Shown here: one piece after another, positions 53,581 through 63,306 of the stretch
Layout of the letters: each line of letters begins with the position of its first letter
Position numbering within the stretch: the first letter of the stretch is position 1
Assembly: GCA_963832575.1 (NCBI GenBank)
Contig: CAWHUT010000002.1
Coordinates: forward strand, 125,827-189,826
Source: an uncultured Alphaproteobacteria bacterium
GTDB lineage: Bacteria; Pseudomonadota; Alphaproteobacteria; ATCC43930; CGMCC-115725
Length of the DNA: 64,000 nt
Reading direction: 5' to 3'
Notes under the pieces: model-generated
What the model was told of the DNA's origin: nothing
The model's input: the letters and a program-made list of their open reading frames with translations, nothing else
The model's database searches: none
Made by a program: the position numbers and the translations under genes

Positions 53581-54234
53581 GTGCGGTGGGCGGCCGCCGG
53601 CGGGCTCGCGACGACGCTGCAAGACCGCACTTACATCATGCTGCTCACCGCCATTTCCGGGCTCGAGGCGGTCGGCGCGGTCTTCGCCGGCGGGTTCCTC
53701 TTGCGCATCTCGTCGATCCTGTCGACCGCGTGGTCGCGCGTTGCCCGGCCGCAAATGGCGCGCTTCGTGGCGATGCGCGACCTCGGCGGCCTCGACCGAA
53801 CCCTGTGGACGGGCGTCGGCGCGCTACTGGCGCAGCATCTGGCACTCTGCCTCGCGGTCGTTCTGCTGTGGCGCTGGATCGCGCCGTTCCTGTCGCGGGG
53901 GCGCTACGAGGGGCTTTACGAAGTCGCGCTGTGCTGGATCGCGGCGACGACCTTCGCCCAGTTCCGCGCGGCACTGTCGGTAGCACTGCAGGCGGCGAAG
54001 GACTTCCGCTTCCTCGCCCTGACGACGGCCCTGGCGGCGGCGATCACGCTGCCCACGACGCTCGTGGTGATCTTCGCCTTCGGGTGGCGCACGAGCGTGC
54101 TCGGCCTCGCCGCGGGGGAAGCCGCGGCCGGAGGCGCCATCCTCCTGCGCTGGCTCCGCATCCGAACGCGGCTGCGGGGTCCCATCGCGGCAAGCGACGA
54201 GGCATCGGGCGTCCGGCGGGTCGCGGCTGGATGA
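53581..54234 (+). CDS. Wzx/MOP-type polysaccharide flippase-like protein, C-terminal half only (probably truncated)
   Basis: About 6 hydrophobic helices with short basic loops (LATTLQDRTYIMLLTAISGLEAVG...). The frame is closed by TGA at 53482-53484, so the N-terminal half expected for this family is absent. Confidence 0.4.
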   Translation: MRWAAAGGLATTLQDRTYIMLLTAISGLEAVGAVFAGGFLLRISSILSTAWSRVARPQMARFVAMRDLGGLDRTLWTGVGALLAQHLALCLAVVLLWRWIAPFLSRGRYEGLYEVALCWIAATTFAQFRAALSVALQAAKDFRFLALTTALAAAITLPTTLVVIFAFGWRTSVLGLAAGEAAAGGAILLRWLRIRTRLRGPIAASDEASGVRRVAAG

Positions 54235-55643
54235 GGCCAGCCGCCCTTCCCTGGGCGCGCGGCGCCGTCCAAGGCCCAAACGTGGCGCCAAGCCCGCTCC
54301 GGCGGAAGCGGTTCGCCACGGCGGTCCCGGCGCCATTGCGACCGCGATGTGATTTCTGGAACGTTTACGCCCACGTGCTCCTCGTCCTCTTCCTGGCCCG
54401 CGTCTTCGACCTGACCCGCATCTTCTCGCTCGCCCCGCCGCCGGATGTCGCGCTGGTGAGCACCGGCGATGGCGATCCGACGACTCAGATCGTGACGCTG
54501 GCGATGGCGGCAGCAGCGCTGCCGCTGGCGGTGCGCAACAAGGATGCCGTGTGGGCGGCGCTCATCGGCCTCTGGCCCGTGCTGCTCCTCCTTGCCTGGT
54601 GCTGGCTCAGCGTCTCCTGGGCGATCGTCCCGGAGATCTCGATGCGCCGTATCGCGCTCAGCAGCCTGGTTGTGTGGATCCTCTACGGCGCCTTGGCAGA
54701 GCTGCGCACGCCGGCGGCGGTCATGCGCACCCTCATGGCGGTAACGGCCGCGATGATCGTTGCCGACTACGTCGTGCTCGCCGTCCTGCCGACGGCCGCG
54801 ATCTGGCACGGAACGGACGTACAGGGCATCCACGCCAGCAAGAACGATGCCGGCGCGGCGGCGATGATGGCCGCGCTCGCCTGGACGGCGGGGTTCATCG
54901 CCGTCCGGCGCCCGGTGGCGCGGATCGGCTGTGTGGCGATGATCCTCGCCGCGACCGGGTTTCTGCAGATGACCAACTCGAAGACCTCGCTCATCGTTCT
55001 CCTCCCGGCAGTGGCAATCGCCGCCCTGTTCTGGCACGGGCTGCACCAGGGCAGACCCTTTCTCGCCATGACCGCGGCGCTCGCGGCGGGATGCGGCGCG
55101 CTGGTCCCGCTGCCGTTCGCCTTCCTCAGGCCCGACGCGATCTTCCTGGCGCTGTTCGGAGATCCGACCTTCACCGGACGCACCGTGATCTGGCGCTTCG
55201 TCGCCGGCTTTGCCGAACGCCATCCCTGGACGGGGGTCGGGTTCGGCTCGCTGTGGAACGTCGGGCTGAACGGGCCGGACATGCAGCAGGGCTATGGCGT
55301 CATTCTGCAGGTCGCGGAGGGCCATAACGGCTATCTCGATCTCGCCGCCACCACCGGCTATGTCGGCCTCGTTCTCGGCGTCGCGGTTCTGCTATGGCCC
55401 TTCGTCCGCCTCTTCGCGCAGCCGGCCGAGACGCTGTTCCGCGGCCCGCAGGCACCGGCCGCCGCGCTCATGACGGCGTATCTCGCGAGCGGCATCTTCC
55501 ACAATCTCACGGAAAGCTCGCTCATCCGCGCCGCCCACCCGGTCTGGGTGCTGTCGCTTGCAGCGATGATGACGATCGCCTTTGCGGGCCGATCGGCACG
55601 TCGTCACGGCCAAGCATTGCCTGGCTCGAACGATCCGACGTAG
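54231..55643 (+). CDS. O-antigen ligase / polymerase family (Wzy_C) membrane protein
   Basis: ATGA overlap with the upstream ORF. Many TM helices. SKNDAGAAAM, NSKTSLI and EGHNGYLDLAATTGYVGL are motifs typical of O-antigen ligase-like proteins. Confidence 0.75.
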   Translation: MRPAALPWARGAVQGPNVAPSPLRRKRFATAVPAPLRPRCDFWNVYAHVLLVLFLARVFDLTRIFSLAPPPDVALVSTGDGDPTTQIVTLAMAAAALPLAVRNKDAVWAALIGLWPVLLLLAWCWLSVSWAIVPEISMRRIALSSLVVWILYGALAELRTPAAVMRTLMAVTAAMIVADYVVLAVLPTAAIWHGTDVQGIHASKNDAGAAAMMAALAWTAGFIAVRRPVARIGCVAMILAATGFLQMTNSKTSLIVLLPAVAIAALFWHGLHQGRPFLAMTAALAAGCGALVPLPFAFLRPDAIFLALFGDPTFTGRTVIWRFVAGFAERHPWTGVGFGSLWNVGLNGPDMQQGYGVILQVAEGHNGYLDLAATTGYVGLVLGVAVLLWPFVRLFAQPAETLFRGPQAPAAALMTAYLASGIFHNLTESSLIRAAHPVWVLSLAAMMTIAFAGRSARRHGQALPGSNDPT

Positions 55644-55679
55644 GATGATCCGTCCTTTTCGAGGGAGCGTGGACCTCTC

Positions 55680-56405
55680 ATGTCACCGGAAATCATCGCC
55701 GAGCTTGCCCCGACGGGCGTCCTGCGCGCAGGCATCAACCTGTCGAATTTCCTGCTGGTGACCGGGAAAAGCCCGGCGGGCGATCCCGAGGGCGTCTCCC
55801 CCGACATGGCCCGCGAAATCGCGCAGCGCCTGGGCGTGCCGGTGAAGTATGTGACCTTCAAGTCCCCCGGCGAACTCGCGGATCAGGCGGGCCGCGGCGT
55901 TTGGGATGTCGGGCTCATCGGCGCGGAGCCGCAGCGCGCCGAGACGATCGCGTTCACGGCGGCCTATGCCGAAATCGAGGCGACCTATCTGGTGCCGGCC
56001 GGTTCGCGCCTGAAGACGGTCGCCGATGTCGACGCGGCCGGCGTGCGGATCGCGGTGACGGGCCGCAGCGCCTATGGCCTCTGGCTCGAGCGCAATATCA
56101 AGCATGCCGAACTGGTACGATCGGATACGCTCGACAGCGCCTTCGAGCAGTTCGTTCGCGGCAATCTGGAGGCGCTTGCCGGCCTCAGGCCGCGCCTTCT
56201 CACGGACGTGGAGAAACTGCCCGGCGCGCGGATCATCGACGGACGGTTCAGCTCGGTTCAGCAGGCGGTCGGAACGGCCCGGAAGAACACGGCCAGCGCC
56301 GCATTCCTGCGCGCGTTCGTCGAGGAGGCCAAGGCGTCCGGGTTGGTCGCCCGCCTCATCGAACGCCACAAGGTGCGGGGTCTCTCGGTCGCGCCCGCGG
56401 CCTAG
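55680..56405 (+). CDS. Family-3 solute-binding-protein-like domain protein (no obvious signal peptide)
   Basis: LRAGINLSNFLLV...VSPDMAREIAQRLGVPVKYV...WDVGLIG...IAFTAAY resembles the SBP_bac_3 pattern. Confidence 0.6.
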   Translation: MSPEIIAELAPTGVLRAGINLSNFLLVTGKSPAGDPEGVSPDMAREIAQRLGVPVKYVTFKSPGELADQAGRGVWDVGLIGAEPQRAETIAFTAAYAEIEATYLVPAGSRLKTVADVDAAGVRIAVTGRSAYGLWLERNIKHAELVRSDTLDSAFEQFVRGNLEALAGLRPRLLTDVEKLPGARIIDGRFSSVQQAVGTARKNTASAAFLRAFVEEAKASGLVARLIERHKVRGLSVAPAA

Positions 56406-56431
56406 TCAACCAGCCGCACGCACCATCGATA

Positions 56432-57613
56432 TCAACGCCAAAGGCGCTGCGAGGCAATTCGCGCGCCTTCCCCCAGCGCCTGCAATTTCGCCCAGGCGAC
56501 GGTGATGGGAATTTCCGTATTGCCCGCTGTCGACTGAAAACCGCAATCGTTGCCAAACATCACATTCTCTCGTCCCGCGGCGCTGGCCCAGTGTTCGATC
56601 CGCTCGGCGACGACTTCGGGATGTTCGATCATGACGCTGGAATGGGTCACGACGCCGGGAATCAGAATCTTGCCCTCCGGCAGCTTGACCTTCTCCGGCA
56701 CATGCCACTCATGCTCGTGGCGCGGATTGCCGGCCTCGAACGAATAGGCGCCCGCCTTGATCGTAAAAAAGAGATCGATCACGTCGCCGAGCTGCAAATC
56801 GCTGACGCGCGGCCCGAAATTCACGCCGTAGCAGGTGTGGAAGCGAATGCGATCCTCCGGCAGATCGCGCAGGGCATGGTTGAGATATGCGATCCTGGTC
56901 TCGGCCCATTTGCGATAGTCGGCCAATGTCATGGTCTTGCTGGTGTCCCAACCGCTGACCAAGCCAGGAAAATCGATCTGCAGCAGCAGCCTGGCATCGA
57001 GGATCGCCTTGTATTCCTCGCGCATCGCGTCGCCATAAGCGACGACGTAGTCTTCCTCGGTCTTGTAGTATTCGTTTTTCATCGCCGAGAGGGGAGCCGA
57101 GGCGGGAAGGAATCCTTCATCCGCGCCGGCTGCGGCCATCGCCGTCTTCAGATTCCGGATGTCGCGCTGGAGCTTCTCGTGGCCGACATAGCGGATCGGG
57201 CCCACGCACACCCGCGGCGGCATGCGGATCACGTGGGCAAACGGGTTGTTCTCCAGGACGTTTTTATAGAAGTCCGGGAACATCTGCGCGTCGCGACCGT
57301 CCGGATTCATGGGGCCGGTCGGCACGGGAAGTCCGCCCGGCGGCATGCGCGCTTCGAAGCCGTCCAGGCGCTCGGCAACGTAGTGATTGAAGCTCGGTTT
57401 GCTGCACTCGCCGTCGGTCACCACATCGATGCCCGCGTCCACCTGCTTGCGCACGATGTCGCCGACATGCCGCGTGAGTGCAGCCTCGTAGGCGTGACTG
57501 TCGACGGCTTGGCCCGCGGCCATGGCCCGCATAGTGCCGAGAATCTCCGTCGGCCGCGGCAGGCTGCCCGTATGCGTCGTGCGGATACGGACGGTGCTTC
57601 GCTTCATGCTCAT
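56432..57613 (-). CDS. Cobalamin-independent methionine synthase II-like Zn enzyme (paralogue of 18030-19220)
   Basis: THTGSLPRP, RFHTCYG, EAGNPRHEHEW and GNDCG are collinear with the 18030 gene. Confidence 0.75.
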   Translation of the reverse strand: MSMKRSTVRIRTTHTGSLPRPTEILGTMRAMAAGQAVDSHAYEAALTRHVGDIVRKQVDAGIDVVTDGECSKPSFNHYVAERLDGFEARMPPGGLPVPTGPMNPDGRDAQMFPDFYKNVLENNPFAHVIRMPPRVCVGPIRYVGHEKLQRDIRNLKTAMAAAGADEGFLPASAPLSAMKNEYYKTEEDYVVAYGDAMREEYKAILDARLLLQIDFPGLVSGWDTSKTMTLADYRKWAETRIAYLNHALRDLPEDRIRFHTCYGVNFGPRVSDLQLGDVIDLFFTIKAGAYSFEAGNPRHEHEWHVPEKVKLPEGKILIPGVVTHSSVMIEHPEVVAERIEHWASAAGRENVMFGNDCGFQSTAGNTEIPITVAWAKLQALGEGARIASQRLWR

Positions 57614-57816
57614 GGGAAATTCTCCGTACGGCGCTGCCCCGTGCGCGATCGGTCAGACGCCTCGCATCAATGCGAAAAAATGCATCTTTTCCGGCGCGCC
57701 GGCAAGGCACTAGCGTGCCGGGTCACGCGCTCGCCGCCATCACGGTATGGACCAGAGCACGAACGGCGACCGCCCGCAAAGCCGTACGTCACGCTTGGCG
57801 GTTTGCATTGCACGCT

Positions 57817-58668
57817 CTACCGGGCGGCGGCGAGGCGGCGGAACTGCCGCGCGGCCGCATCGACCGCGGCTAGATATTTCGCCGGGTCATGGTCGCCGCA
57901 GCGCTCGCCGGTTGCCAGATGGAAGCCGCCGCGCGCGAAGGCCTGGGCGGGGCCTACGCCGCAGAGATGGACGATGGCGGCGAGATCCTGCTTCTGTTGC
58001 GCGCCCGCTTTCGCGTTGGGCTGACGGGCGAGGATCGCTGCGACACTGCGGTCCAGGTACACCGCCGTAAGCTCGATGGCATGGCTCGGCACGACACGAG
58101 TATAGAGGCCGTTGAACCAGCAGCCACCCGCGACGACCATATGCCGGCGGATGCAATAGTCTCGCGCCTCGGCGAAAGCGGCGTCGGTCATCTGGTACAT
58201 GCCGACGGCGCTCGAGGCGGGCTCGTAGATCGCGAAAGGATGCCAGGTCAGGCGCCAACGCCAATAGGTGCGGGCGATGGGATTGCCCGCGCCCTCGACC
58301 TGGGCCAGCGCCGCCAGCAGTTCGGGCGAGATGGCGGCGGTGGAATATTCGCGAAAGAGCGGCCCGTAGTGCTGCCACGTATCGGCCGGCATCTTGTTGA
58401 GTTCGCCGCTCACGGGAAAGAACATCTCGGTCGGCTTGTGGATCACGTGATAGACGAAGTTTACCGCCGCGAAGACCGCGAGAACCGTCACCACAACGAC
58501 ACCAATCCGCACCGCGCGCGGTGTCGCGTTCAGCTTTCCCCGCGCCCAGCGCGCGCGCTTGCGCCAGCGTCGGACCCGACGGAGGAGAGCGCTCCGTTTG
58601 CGCCGGGTACGCGCCTTGCCGGGCCGGACTCTGGAGGCGCGCCGTTGGCCCGAGAGCTGGCTGATCAT
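57817..58668 (-). CDS. Membrane-anchored lytic-transglycosylase (SLT)-like protein with a highly basic N-terminal tail
   Basis: N-terminal RRASRVRPGKARTRRKRSALLRRVRRWRKRARWARGK, a TM helix (IGVVVVTVLAVFAAVNFVY), then LAALAQVEGAGNP...GMYQMT, which resembles SLT-domain motifs. Confidence 0.5.
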   Translation of the reverse strand: MISQLSGQRRASRVRPGKARTRRKRSALLRRVRRWRKRARWARGKLNATPRAVRIGVVVVTVLAVFAAVNFVYHVIHKPTEMFFPVSGELNKMPADTWQHYGPLFREYSTAAISPELLAALAQVEGAGNPIARTYWRWRLTWHPFAIYEPASSAVGMYQMTDAAFAEARDYCIRRHMVVAGGCWFNGLYTRVVPSHAIELTAVYLDRSVAAILARQPNAKAGAQQKQDLAAIVHLCGVGPAQAFARGGFHLATGERCGDHDPAKYLAAVDAAARQFRRLAAAR

Positions 58669-59996
58669 GAGGCTGATCGCGCCTTCGCGTCGCGCTGGTA
58701 AACCGCGAAGATCGCCTTGCCGATGAGAGACGTCTCCGCCGCGATGCAGCGTGCATAGACGTTGGCCCGTGCGGCCTGAATTTCCCCGGACTCTGGCGAC
58801 GCGGCCCCAGCCAACTCGATCAAATGCGCCGCCAGCCGCGTCCGCCCGTCTTGGGCCAGCATCGTGGCCCGCTGGGCGAGCTTCTCAGCTCCACCCGCCA
58901 AAGTCGCGATCTCACTTGCCAGTTCGGCAGCAGGCGCGGGTTTGAGGTGAGCCGGGTTGCCATCGAACCAGCCGGCATAGAGGTGCCAGATATTCCGGAC
59001 GACAAATTCGGGGTCATCGTATTTTGGCAGCAGATAGGGCCGGGCGATGAGGCTTTGAGGCGCGCAGACACGGTGAAGGATCTCGTCGAGCGAGCAGCCC
59101 TGGTTCATCAGGCTCAGCGTCTGCGCGACTAGGCTTTCCAACACTTCCGCCCCATCGCTCAGGATCTGGGCCGCGCGCTGCGGACCAAAGACAACCGGAC
59201 CGTGACCGGGGACAAGCACCGTCGGATCAAGAGCCTGCATGCAGCGGAGCGCCGCTGCCCAGTCAGGCGCGTAGCGTTGAACCTTTCGCGGATTGCCCGC
59301 ATTGGGAAATACCCAGATCACGAAGTCGCCGCTCACGAGGACGCGCTTTTCGGGCAGCCAGACGAAAGTGGCATCGTCCGTTTCGCCACGCCCGTGCGAA
59401 AGCTCGATCCGAAGGCCCCCGACGGTGAAGCTGAGAACGTCGTCGTAGATCTGGTCCGGCCGCCGATGATGGTCCGGGAATGTGTAGCCAGGCTGATTGA
59501 ACTGGCGACCCATCACGAGGCTATTCAGTCCCTGTGTCGTGTCGTACCGCGCGAAACGTTGCAGCACGTTCCGGTGAGCGACGATGTGCGGCCGGGCAAT
59601 CCCCCTGGCGTCAGCCTCCTGATCGAGGAGTCGTGCGCCCCAGGTATGGTCGATATGGCCGTGGGTGTAGATGACGGTATGAACCGGGTCGTCATCCCAC
59701 CGACGCAAGGCGGCCAGCGTCTGGCTCGCGGTCTCGCGGCTTCCGGTGTCCACGAGCACCAGCCCCTTGGGGGTGCGGATCGCGGTCGCGTTTCCGAACA
59801 GATAGCCGGTATGGATAGTGATGGCGTCGTCCGCGATCGGCTTGGCCGACCCGCCAGAAACGGTCGCAGTCCAATCCTCCAGTGCGGCGTCGCCATGCCA
59901 TAAGCGCTCGAATAGCGGGTCCTGTTCCACCGCGCTCATCCCTTGATCCCGTGGCCGCGCCGGCCTGTCATAGCGCGATCCGGCCGCAGTGGACAT
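58665..59996 (-). CDS. MBL-fold hydrolase, alkyl/aryl-sulfatase-like (MBL plus dimerisation domain, no SCP2 domain)
   Basis: YTHGHIDHTWG (HxHxDH) and YAGWFDGNPAHL, typical of the alkyl-sulfatase dimerisation domain. 443 aa at most; the start may be internal (MSAVEQD). Confidence 0.65.
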   Translation of the reverse strand: MSTAAGSRYDRPARPRDQGMSAVEQDPLFERLWHGDAALEDWTATVSGGSAKPIADDAITIHTGYLFGNATAIRTPKGLVLVDTGSRETASQTLAALRRWDDDPVHTVIYTHGHIDHTWGARLLDQEADARGIARPHIVAHRNVLQRFARYDTTQGLNSLVMGRQFNQPGYTFPDHHRRPDQIYDDVLSFTVGGLRIELSHGRGETDDATFVWLPEKRVLVSGDFVIWVFPNAGNPRKVQRYAPDWAAALRCMQALDPTVLVPGHGPVVFGPQRAAQILSDGAEVLESLVAQTLSLMNQGCSLDEILHRVCAPQSLIARPYLLPKYDDPEFVVRNIWHLYAGWFDGNPAHLKPAPAAELASEIATLAGGAEKLAQRATMLAQDGRTRLAAHLIELAGAASPESGEIQAARANVYARCIAAETSLIGKAIFAVYQRDAKARSAS

Positions 59997-60026
59997 CCGG
60001 GGGCGCTACGGCTGCGGCAACGCGCA

Positions 60027-60731
60027 TCAATCGCGGATGCCGAGCCATTCGGCAACGCGGCGCGCGGTCCGCTCACGCTGCTCGGTCATCTTCCAGACGG
60101 AAGCTTTGGCTTGTTCCAGCACGGCGCGCGGCGCTGTCTCGGGCGTGCCGCTCCTGAACGGCGGTTCGGGCGCGTAGGCGATGGCCAACTGTATGACCTG
60201 GGCAACGTCGTCGCCGCGCAGGTCCGCGGCGACCCGGAGCGCGCCGTCGATGCCGGCGGTGACCCCTGCGGCGAACACGAACTTGCCGTCCATGACCACG
60301 CGCTCGTTCACCGGGGTAGCACCGAAGAAAGGCAGAAGATGCAGTGAAGCCCAATGCGTGGTGGCCCGCCGGCCCCTGAGCAACCCGGCCGCACCGCAGA
60401 TCAACGCGCCCGTGCACACCGAGAACAGGCATCGAGCCCCGGCCGCCTGGTCGCCGATCCATGCAAGGACGACCGCGTCATCCATCAATGCCTCTTGGCC
60501 GAAACCGCCCGGTACGACCAGGACGTCGAGCTGCGGCGCTTCCGCGAGACTTGCATCCGCGATCAACTGCAAGCCGCGCCAGTCTCGCACCGGCGCGGTG
60601 GTCTTGCCGAAGACCCTGCAGGTGGAATTCGGAACGCGCGACAGGACTTCGAAAGGACCGGTCAAATCGATCTGGTCGGTGTCCTCAAACAGCAACAAGC
60701 CGATTTGAAGGTGGGTTTCCTGTGGAATCAT
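60027..60731 (-). CDS. DJ-1/PfpI-family protein
   Basis: IGLLLFEDTDQIDLTGPFEV...SVCTGALICGAAGLL (nucleophile elbow Cys)...ATTHW. Confidence 0.8.
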   Translation of the reverse strand: MIPQETHLQIGLLLFEDTDQIDLTGPFEVLSRVPNSTCRVFGKTTAPVRDWRGLQLIADASLAEAPQLDVLVVPGGFGQEALMDDAVVLAWIGDQAAGARCLFSVCTGALICGAAGLLRGRRATTHWASLHLLPFFGATPVNERVVMDGKFVFAAGVTAGIDGALRVAADLRGDDVAQVIQLAIAYAPEPPFRSGTPETAPRAVLEQAKASVWKMTEQRERTARRVAEWLGIRD

Positions 60732-60798
60732 GATGGCAAGGCCGCGTGTGGACTTTGCGATGGACAAGGCCAATCTAGCCTGGCAGGCTCTGGCGGAA

Positions 60799-61791
60799 AT
60801 GCCAGAGAACCCTCGTTTTCCGCCAAACCGGCCGCGGGTGATCGAGATACTCGCCTATCCGGCGGTGCAGTTGCTCGATGTCGCCGGACCGCTGCAAGTC
60901 TTCGCCTCGACCAACGAGCTTGTGGCCCGGCATGGTGAGCCGCCGCTCTATGCGCCGCGGGTGGTCTCGGCGGCCGCCCCGGTCGTCACCGCTTCGGCCG
61001 GGCTGGGGCTGGTGGCTGCGCCGCTGACGCGGGCACGGGCGGTGCTCGATACACTGCTCGTGGCGGGCGGGCCGGGCGTCCAGGCTGCCGCCGCCGATCC
61101 GGCAGTTCTGAATTGGGTGCGGGCGCGCGCGGCGCGGGCGCGGCGGGTGGCGTCGGTCTGCACGGGCGCCTTTCTGCTGGGTGCGGCAGGTTTGTTGGAC
61201 GGGCGGCGCGTGGCGACGCACTGGATGTATTGTGCCGAACTGGCGCGGCGCTTTCCGGCCATTCAGGTGGAACCGGACCCGATCTTCGTGCGCGATGGTG
61301 CGGTGTGGACGTCGGCGGGCGTGACGGCCGCGATCGATCTGGCGCTGGCGCTGGTGCAAGAAGACGCGGGGCGCAGCTTGGCTCTTGCCGTCGCGCGCCA
61401 CCTGGTCATGTTCCTCAAGCGTCCCGGCGGGCAGGCGCAGTTCAGCGCCGTCCTGTCGCTGCAGGGGGCAGAGGATCGGTTCGGCGCGTTGCATGGCTGG
61501 ATGGTCGGGCGTTTGACCGGCGACTTGTCGCTGCCGGCCTTGGCCCAGAAGGCCGGCATGAGCGAGCGCAGCTTCAGCCGGCACTACACGGAGGCGACCG
61601 GCACCACGCCGGCCCGCGCGGTCGAGCGGCTGCGCGTGGAAGCGGCGCGACGGTTGCTCTCCGATACCCGCTTGCCGGTGAAGCGCGTCGCCGAGCGCTG
61701 CGGGTTCGGGTCGGAGGAAACATTGCGCCGAAGCTTCCTCCGCCAACTGGCTGCCACCCCGCAGGAGTATCGGGCGAGATTCAGCCGCTGA
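60799..61791 (+). CDS. GlxA-family transcriptional regulator (DJ-1/PfpI-like N-domain plus AraC HTH)
   Basis: VIEILAYPAVQLLDVAGPLQVF...SVCTGAFLLGAAGLL. C-terminal AraC HTH (AQKAGMSERSFSRHY...VAERCGFGSEETLRRSF). Alternative starts at 60730 and 60760. Confidence 0.8.
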   Translation: MPENPRFPPNRPRVIEILAYPAVQLLDVAGPLQVFASTNELVARHGEPPLYAPRVVSAAAPVVTASAGLGLVAAPLTRARAVLDTLLVAGGPGVQAAAADPAVLNWVRARAARARRVASVCTGAFLLGAAGLLDGRRVATHWMYCAELARRFPAIQVEPDPIFVRDGAVWTSAGVTAAIDLALALVQEDAGRSLALAVARHLVMFLKRPGGQAQFSAVLSLQGAEDRFGALHGWMVGRLTGDLSLPALAQKAGMSERSFSRHYTEATGTTPARAVERLRVEAARRLLSDTRLPVKRVAERCGFGSEETLRRSFLRQLAATPQEYRARFSR

Positions 61792-62008
61792 GGCGGCGCC
61801 AGGCCATGCGCTGCCCCGTGCCGGCGGAGTTGGCGAGATTGATGCGATCCGCGCGGGCGCGCTTGCGAGTGTGCGGTCCAGGCCGATTTCCCGGCTTGGC
61901 CGGCTGTTGCCTTCGACGTATCGGCAACGCTATAGCCCGCGCTGAGAAGCGTGCGGGCCGCCATCGGCGGGCGTACGTCGCACGAGGCCCCGTGGGAGCA
62001 CCTTGCCG

Positions 62009-63208
62009 ATGAAAGTCTATGTGTTCGATTTGCTTGCCTATGGGCAGCCGTTCGAGAACTTCAAAGCCGACCGCTACATTCCCTATCCGCTGCCGGGCCG
62101 TCATTTCGATCCCGAAGTCGCGGCGCGGACATTCGCCGAACATCTCGATGCATGGGAGGAAATGGACCGGCTGGGCTTCGACGGCGTCGGCTTGAACGAG
62201 CACCACACCACGCCGCACAGCCTGATGAACTCGCCCAACATGATGGCGGCGGTCGCGGCGCAGCGCACCAAGCGGCTCAAATTCCTGATGCTCGGCAACC
62301 TCCTGCCGCTGCACAACCCGCTGCGCGTCGCCGAAGAGCTGGCCATGGCCGACTGCATCTCGCGCGGGCGCGTACTCTCCGGCTTCGCGCGCGGCATCAC
62401 GCGCGAATACAACGTCTATGGCGTGGCGATGTCGGAATCGCGCGCGCGCTTCGAGGAAGCCTACGAGATCATTCTCAAGGCCTGGACCGAAGACGTGTTC
62501 TCTTTCGAGGGCAAGTTCTGGTCCTACAAGGACATCGCGATCTGGCCCCGCCCCTATCAGCAGCCGCATCCGCCGATCTGGATCCCCTTCACCGGCAGCA
62601 AGGAGACGATCGAGTGGACCGGCAAGCATAATCTCAACGCCGTGCTGCCGGACATCACGCCGGGCCTCACCGAGGACATCGTCGGCTATTTCGCAAAATC
62701 CCTGGCGCAGCACGGCCACCGCATCACGCCGGACCATCTCTGCCTGTTGACCGACGCCTTCGTCGCCGACAGCAAGGACGCGGCGATCGCCGAATACAGC
62801 CCATCCTATCTCTATTTCACGCAGGCGCTGTGGCACCACGGCAGCATCACCGAAACTGGCGCGCAGCGTGAATCCGGGCCCGGCTATGTCGCCTCGACCT
62901 CCTATGACTACATCCGGCCGGAGAACCGCGCCGCGGCGCAGATGGATCGCGGCAAGATCCGCAACATGAATCTCAGCGATGTCGAGATGCGCGTGAAGAC
63001 CGGCAAGCTCAATTGGGGCAACGCCAAGGAGGTGACGGACACGCTCATCGACACGGCCGAGCGCGCCGGCGCCGATGCCGTGGTCCTCAACATGAACGTG
63101 GGCGCGATGCCGCACGCGCAGTTCATGGCGCAACTCCGCCGCTTCGGCGCGGAGGTGCTGCCGAAGCTGCAGGCCCATCGCGTTACGCGCGTGCCGAACT
63201 GGACCTGA
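62009..63208 (+). CDS. LLM-class (luciferase-like) flavin-dependent oxidoreductase
   Basis: MKVYVFDLL...GFDGVGLNEHHTTP...LRVAEELAMADCISRGRV is typical of the LLM family. ATG 62009 is preferred over TTG 62003 (GGGAG RBS). Confidence 0.8.
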   Translation: MKVYVFDLLAYGQPFENFKADRYIPYPLPGRHFDPEVAARTFAEHLDAWEEMDRLGFDGVGLNEHHTTPHSLMNSPNMMAAVAAQRTKRLKFLMLGNLLPLHNPLRVAEELAMADCISRGRVLSGFARGITREYNVYGVAMSESRARFEEAYEIILKAWTEDVFSFEGKFWSYKDIAIWPRPYQQPHPPIWIPFTGSKETIEWTGKHNLNAVLPDITPGLTEDIVGYFAKSLAQHGHRITPDHLCLLTDAFVADSKDAAIAEYSPSYLYFTQALWHHGSITETGAQRESGPGYVASTSYDYIRPENRAAAQMDRGKIRNMNLSDVEMRVKTGKLNWGNAKEVTDTLIDTAERAGADAVVLNMNVGAMPHAQFMAQLRRFGAEVLPKLQAHRVTRVPNWT

Positions 63209-63306
63209 GGCGGATCGGTCGCGCCAAATCTCCCTCTTCACGCCGCGCGAACCCGGCCCACATACAGGGGCCACGGCCGAATGGGCCTGGGAAAAGGAGG
63301 TCGCCT

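Noticed and set aside
57655-57700. Sequence tcgcatcaatgcgaaaaaatgcatcttttcc, partly resembling the 3' block of the 41-nt motif and containing the palindrome TCGCAT-ca-ATGCGA.
   Set aside because: It lacks the TGCC-N5-GGCA box. Similarity to the motif is limited to an A/T-rich stretch, and its orientation is opposite to what the adjacent minus-strand gene would need. It is probably coincidental, although the small palindrome could be an unrelated operator.
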